Assembly: GCA_046563655.1 (NCBI GenBank)
Contig: CM102290.1
Coordinates: forward strand, 13,330,001 to 13,394,000
Source: Yuukianura sp. NJ FZ-2021
Taxonomy: Eukaryota
Reading direction: 5' to 3'
Length of the DNA: 64,000 nucleotides
The notes beneath the pieces were generated by a model. The model was not told the origin of the DNA and did no database searches. It worked only from the letters and a program-made list of their open reading frames with translations. Each line of letters begins with the position of its first letter. Position 1 is the first letter of the stretch. Positions 57,929-64,000 of the stretch are shown here, piece by piece. The position numbers were made by a program, and so were the translations under genes.

Positions 57929-59254
57929 TCACTTACAAATTTTGTCTTCATAATACTGACCAATTTCAACGTTTGAAGTAGCGATCATGGCCTTCTCCAA
58001 TATATTGAAGCCTGTGACCAAACCAATATAAAGTATTATATTACTACTATAAGTATGTATAGAGTTTGCGCTATCAATAATTTATACGAAGTATAGAATT
58101 TATAGCGCGTAGTGACGTCACTAATATTGGGGAGTTTCAGTTATAAATAATTTATAGAATTTATAGGAAGTATAGAATTTATGCCGGTAGTGACGTCATT
58201 GATATTAGGGAGTTTGCGTTATAAATAATTTATAGAATTTATAGAAAGTACAGAATTTATGCCGGTAGTGACGTCATTGATATTTGGGGAGTTTCCGTTA
58301 TAAGTTATAGAATTTATAGGAAGTATAGAATTTATGCCGGTAGTGACGTCATTCATACTTTCTATAAATTCTTTACTACGTAAAGTATTCTACGAAGTTA
58401 TAAATTATAAACTAAACTTTTTTTAAATAACTTTTCCCGGGAAATTCTTCTCTAGGAATTCGTCCTTACCATTCATTTTACCGGAATTCTTGGCAAGAAG
58501 AAATGTTGCACCTCCTGAACAAACAATTTCCAACTTTAGCATATAACTAAATCACCAAATAACTAAACAACTTCAGTAATTATCTTAACTAATCGTAAAT
58601 CCAATTAAGTAAAGTACCTGTTGGAGAATTGGCCAATCGGTCGATGGCAATTCCCGTCATCGAGGAAGGACTAATGTTTCTGGTTAGAAGGCTAATCGGC
58701 CCTTTGTCCGAAATTCCGTTCATACCATTAACCTGCCCGTAGAACTTGTTGCCAACGTTTTTCTCGGCTACAAATCATTCGTCCAGTTACAAAATTGACA
58801 TTATGCAGAGTATTATCCAGTATGTACAGTATGAACCAGAGAAAATAGACTCACTAATGTGGATGTTGTTGACAGTGAGTGACAAGGGTTGCTGTGAGTC
58901 GCTTCCAGAGTCATCCAATTCCATATCATTGTCATGTCCAGAGACATGGCCTCGATTGATATTATTGGTGGGACTGCTAGAGTCGCTGCTCTCAGAGTAT
59001 CGACTGTCCAGAAAGACGCGATCTGGTGACAGCGTCACAGTAGTGTCAGTGCTTGTTGGACTTCGGTGACAGTCCATTCCATCAACATCTGATTCAATTC
59101 CTTCTCCTCCAGCTCTCCAGTCTAACTGGTCCCATTGGCCCATATGACTGCTCATGTCCTTCTTCATGATCTGAAGTCGTTGCTGGAGAGCAATCTTGTC
59201 CCGGGCAAGTTTCTCCAGTTCCTGCTCCAAATCCTTCTCCTTCCGTTTTAGGTT
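57929..59254 (-). CDS. Mnt: 3' exons of Max-binding bHLH-ZIP repressor Mnt (partial; bHLH exons not found in the window; 3' end tentative)
   Basis: NLKRKEKDLEQELEKLARDKIALQQRL resembles the MNT zipper (SLKRKEKEYEHEMERLAREKIATQQRL, recalled); acceptor ttgcag at 59255. Confidence 0.75.
58050..58355. repeat. ~78-bp tandem repeat, ~4 copies, each containing TGACGTCA
   Basis: agtgacgtca at 58111, 58189, 58267 and 58342. Confidence 0.9.
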
Positions 59255-59868
59255 CTGCAAATACCAAACAAAACTCAGTTAATCTCAGTTTGTCTTTTGA
59301 TAAAGGCGTAGTTATGGTCTTAACCACTAAATCCGGTCAAGGGTCAAGTGAGTGAGGTCAGGATTTGTAACTCGGCCTTAATCAATTTAGCTTAACTCAA
59401 GCTAACCCTTAGGGTGTGCCAACTTAACGAGGGCAGGGCGTGACTTTTATTTTTTTTATAGTTGCATTTAAGTTCAAACCAGCATTCTAAAATTAGTTCA
59501 ACTTGCGTCAATCAAGTTCTTCCAGAACAGAACCAGAACATCTCCGTTACGCAACTACTTAACCATTGCGAAATTTTTACCAAACACATTGCAATGTACA
59601 AACAGTCTGTGAAATCTGCAACCCACAAACTAACCTTCACTTCGTCCACACCCACCCACACTTTATACTTGATAGGCCACTGAACTTTAGCTCTTCCCCA
59701 ACCTAATCCCTCCTTGAAAAAACAGAACTTTGGTAAACTAAAAGCACAATCAACAAACAGCACTGCATCGCCACAATTCCATATGTTTGATTTAACTTTT
59801 AGTTTCAGTTCTTTTTATTCGTTAAAGTTTCATTTTTCATAGAAAATTAAATCATACCCTATTCAATT

Positions 59869-60089
59869 CAAGGCTCCTCGACAACCGAATTGTATTTCCT
59901 ACAACCGGTTGTCCAATAACTCAGGATTTGCAAAAATTTTGCTTGAAACAATTTTCTTCCCCCAATTCAAATTGCTGTACATAAAAAAAATTACCATAGG
60001 AAAAAAGATTTTCAAATTTTTTTAAAGTGAAAGGCATCGAGTTATTGGACAACCTGGTGTAGAACAAAATTTTCTGTTTACGAACCTTG
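59869..60089 (-). mobile_element. CAAGG-TIR element, 8-bp TSD subfamily, in the putative Mnt intron
   Basis: Minus strand caaggttcgtaaacagaaaattttgttctacaccaggttgtccaataactc...gtcgaggagccttg; TSD attcaatt/atccaatt. Confidence 0.85.
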
Positions 60090-62640
60090 ATCCAATTGCA
60101 AAATCAAATGCATATATAGTAAATAAACGACTAAAACCCGAATTTGCCTGCAAATATGCGATTAGAATGATCTCAAATATGAACATCAAGGCGTTTCAAC
60201 ATTGAGGCCTATTTGCCATGCACAAAAGTTGTCGAAACAGGGTTTGGGCGACCACCATTGTAGTGGTGCACCACCGCCACGCTCATGGCTTCCACGTGGA
60301 ACTCTGTTAGCATTGTGTGAAACCCTAGGCGGAAATGACTGATACATTTTTGCAACTTGCTCAGGAACGGCAGGTATGCTTTATAACTCTAGCGAATAAT
60401 AGTAGTACAAGCACGTGTAATGTGCAAAAAAAAGTAGAGTAAATGGTCTTTGAGCTTGAAATAGGCTAAAGAAAAACGCCGGGTTTTTCTCTCATTCAAC
60501 CCGTCTGTCTACTAAACGAGTCAATCAGTTCCGTAAACGTCATCACAACATACGAAACTAATTGTTAAGTTCACATTTTAAGTAATATCAACCAGCTATT
60601 CCTGGGTAAAGCATTTAAAACAATTTTTTAAACAAATTTTAGAAACAAGAATGTTTCACATACTTGCTGGGGCTCCGCCCAACACCAATTCAATCGGCCT
60701 AATCAAAGTTATATCGTTTTTTCCCCAAAACTAACAGATTATTATTATTATTTGCATTTTTTTAAACAACATTAGTCGTCTGGATCTAACAAGTTAGTGC
60801 ACTCAAATTTTCCATTAGTTCAATGCTACACCAATATGAAAAGCTGACGAATATGATGATGACATTTTCAAAACTAAACTGAAACTGGGTCGAACTCGAA
60901 ACACAAAACATTTAATATGAATCATTGCGAGGTTGAAGACCCATGAGGTCTCACTGTTAATCTTCTTTTTAACCTACATTAACTAGTATGACAATGACAT
61001 ACAGCAGAAACACAAACTCAAATTATAAATTCCCATTTCCCAATCATGTTTAGATTCACGAACCGGCTAAGGTGGCTGGCAACTTCTCAAAATAACAATT
61101 TAAGCCAACAGCAGTTTTTACAGGAGCAGCTAAAAACGCCAATTGAAATACCGATATCCATTGCCAAAAGGCGCATGATGATGAACGACACTTGAAAAAT
61201 TCCTTAAGGCGAACCATTTCAAATCAAGAGACACAAACTTCTCATCTCGGCTTTAGCCAACGTTCTTCCCGTTAAGTTACTTTGAACCCAGTATGATTCA
61301 AATTGCAGCAGTTTCCAAAGACTTGTGATTTTGCCAAAAAACATTCATTCTTAATTCCATTCCGCCTAAAACGTGTCATTACAACTAATTAGTAATTGAG
61401 AACCATAAGCCATGCGAAGTACTGGCAGCACATTTCATGTGAGGCGCTAGAAGCCATCTTTTAATGCCAGAAAATTTGGCTCCTAAATCATTCCATCGAC
61501 GTCAAAGTGAGCAAAACAACAGAAATGCTGCTGCTGCAACGGTACTAAAACTTTTGTCAACATTCGCACGTCGTCCCTGTCAAGTGTCAACTGCAAACTC
61601 CTGTTGCTAGAACTCAAAAACAACTTATTTTTGCGCAATGCCATGTGCCAAATAGCCTGGATCACCTCCAATGGCAGACTTTTAAGCGAATTAAAAGAAG
61701 CATGTGGTTTACTTTCAGCTTTGAGTGAAACTAAAATGTCAGTTCCATGAATAAGATCAAAGTCTTTCAACAAATCCTACACGAAACTTCGCTTTCAAAA
61801 AATAAAATTAATTCTAATCTAATAATATCGTCCATGTTTATAAAACTTCCGGTGGACAGGGTATAAAACAGGGTATTAAATTCAACAAATCCGAAAATTT
61901 CGGATTCGGATTTAATTTTGCCCGAAATTAGATTTGCACACTCCCGAGTCCCGAATGTTCTTCCAGTGACAGTGACTGAGATTTAGTCGAATTAAATTAA
62001 AAACGAATATTTCGAGCTCCATATAAAATAAACTAAGGAATCAACGTACGACGTGTTGAAATCCCGTGGCCAATTGCGTAGTATTGGCTGGGACACGGAA
62101 AACAACAAAGTTATAAACAGGCTTGTCAAAAATATTTATCAAAAATATCACAATATTGTTGTAAAAAAAAACTTGTTAAATCGAAAAAAGCAATAAACAA
62201 AATTTGACCAAAACTCGGAAAATATTATTTAATAACATTACACAGCCTTAAAAACTAAATATTTTTGATAAGCCTAACAAAAAAAAAACAGACGGGAACT
62301 ACTATTGCTCGAGTATAGCTCTAACTCCAAGCAAAAAAAAATATTTAGATTGGAAAACAGCGATTCTGCACGACCAAAATATTTCGGCTCATGATTAATA
62401 AAGTAAAAACCGTCATCAGCAGTTTCCTGCAGACAGAAATTCCGAAACGTAGGGGAAAAGCTAGCCAAGAAAACAGTAGAGGTCATCCAAAAAATGGGAG
62501 AAAAGAAAATCCATACATCCGGTTCTCATAATCAATCTGTCCAACTTCCTCTACACATGCTTTCCAAAATTTCTAAAAACCTACGCTTCAAAATAATCCC
62601 CTCCAAAAATAAAAAAAAATCTAAAATCACCCAATTTACG

Positions 62641-62808
62641 GGCTCCATGTAATATGGTCAAAAACAATTTGGTCAAAAAATGAAAAGGTCAAAAAAGTGA
62701 GGTCAAACATAACAAAATATAGCCTAACCTGTAATTTGTAATAGTTGACATTTTCAATTTTTAACCTTTTCACTTTTTGATCAAATTATTTTGACCATTT
62801 CACCTGCT
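62641..62808. mobile_element. Possible MITE with ggtcaaaa/ttttgacc subterminal inverted repeats
   Basis: atggtcaaaaacaatttggtcaaaa...ttttgatcaaattattttgaccat inverted arms; TSD unclear. Confidence 0.45.
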
Positions 62809-63469
62809 TAGCAATTTACAAAATTGACCTAACTGCTGTCATGCTTTTAGGCTTTAAAAAAATTGACATAATCTGCGAACTTCTGTCAACAAATGAACTC
62901 CCAAAATCCACAATTTCTAAAAGTATAAACAGAATCCTACTCAGAGCTAAAAAGAGAGACAGCACTTGAGAAATATAGATTTGGAAAATATTTCGCAGAA
63001 TCCAAAATGTGTAAAAATGGGAGTTGAATCTCACGATGAGGGAAATGGGGCGGGGAGGACAACACAGACGCTGTTTACGAGGGAGGAGACAAGCCAAAGC
63101 CCAAATCTTCCTCAACTGTGCAAAAACGTATGAAGGAAGATGACGAAACCATGAAAGTTGGTTCAAGGCTACCTAACCAAAAAGCGTCCATTTTCCTATG
63201 TACACGCGTATAAAGTAAAGTAAGTACGTGCTGCTCATGGCAAAAACCTCTCAATTGTTCTCGTGACGAACCGCTTGTTTATTATACTAAAGGCGATGAA
63301 GACTAAGTCTAGTGTTTCCATTCATGAGGTCATTCCAAATATATTTTACGTGGAATTGTGTATGTACTACCTACCTACACAAACAAACAACTCTGACTAA
63401 ATGAAGTTGGGCGCATGCTCACTAACTTTTAGTTTTCCAAAAAAAAACACAATTTACTAAAAGTCTGAA

Positions 63470-63726
63470 CAGTGTTACCATTTTCGGTCACTGGAACGCC
63501 CTAAAGTGACATTCGGACATTTCGGACAGACATATTTCAGTCGACTGAAATGACCAAAACTTATTTTAACATTATAAGAGGCGCGGTAAATTTGAAAATG
63601 TTGGGGGTGTGGCTACGGTTTGCAAATGACGCATGCCCATAGCGTCTATGCATTTGGTCGTATATTTCAGTCATTTCAAAAATTTCGGACAAAAATTTGA
63701 AAAAGTGACCGAAACTGGGAACCCTG
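63470..63726. mobile_element. Possible hAT-like MITE
   Basis: cagtgttaccattttcggtcac / gtgaccgaaactgggaaccctg inverted ends; no matching TSD. Confidence 0.45.
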
Positions 63727-64000
63727 TCTATTAGACTATTCGGACCACGATAACATGGCTGACCTCAAACTCACTCGTCACTCCTCCAGTCGAGTCACAG
63801 ACTAATAAAAGTAGTTTGCAAACAACAAAAAATGGTTCGAAAGAATCGAGATTGCTTTGAAGTTTAAGCTACTAACACAAACATATGACATTGTCATTGT
63901 AAGAACTCGTTAAGTTGGCAGCACTCATTGATACGCCTCGGCACAACTCTGTGAAAAAGTCCATTGATGTGGGAGTCAGAATGTTGGAAAGACCATGTCC

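Noticed and set aside
59255..64000. Transposase or other coding gene in the last 5 kb
   Set aside because: Only short ORFs without motifs; consistent with a long Mnt intron containing MITEs. No autonomous element was found anywhere in the window.

Overview
Gene-dense eukaryotic DNA, probably from a compact-genome arthropod (inferred from ~55-70 nt GT-AG introns and an insect-type Contactin with a C-type lectin domain). About 13 spliced genes are present: a secreted LRR protein, a PTB/PID-domain protein, a short Pasha/DGCR8-like protein, TANGO2, OXSM, FTSJ3/SPB1, phosphorylase kinase gamma, Contactin, a small membrane protein, a large C2H2 zinc-finger protein, an uncharacterised gene, a protein with an eIF4E-binding motif and UBE2L3, plus the 3' exons of Mnt. 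The main observation is a family of 220-330 bp non-autonomous TIR elements (CAAGGTT...AACCTTG) that carry a splice donor, a branch-point motif and an acceptor inside their terminal inverted repeats. Four copies lie in coding exons in the sense orientation and would be removed as introns. Each would leave 12 nt of TIR plus a 9-bp target-site duplication, i.e. 21 nt or 7 codons in frame, an introner-like mechanism of intron gain. A sister subfamily with 8-bp TSDs occurs only outside coding sequence here. All exon structures were derived by hand and need RNA-seq confirmation.
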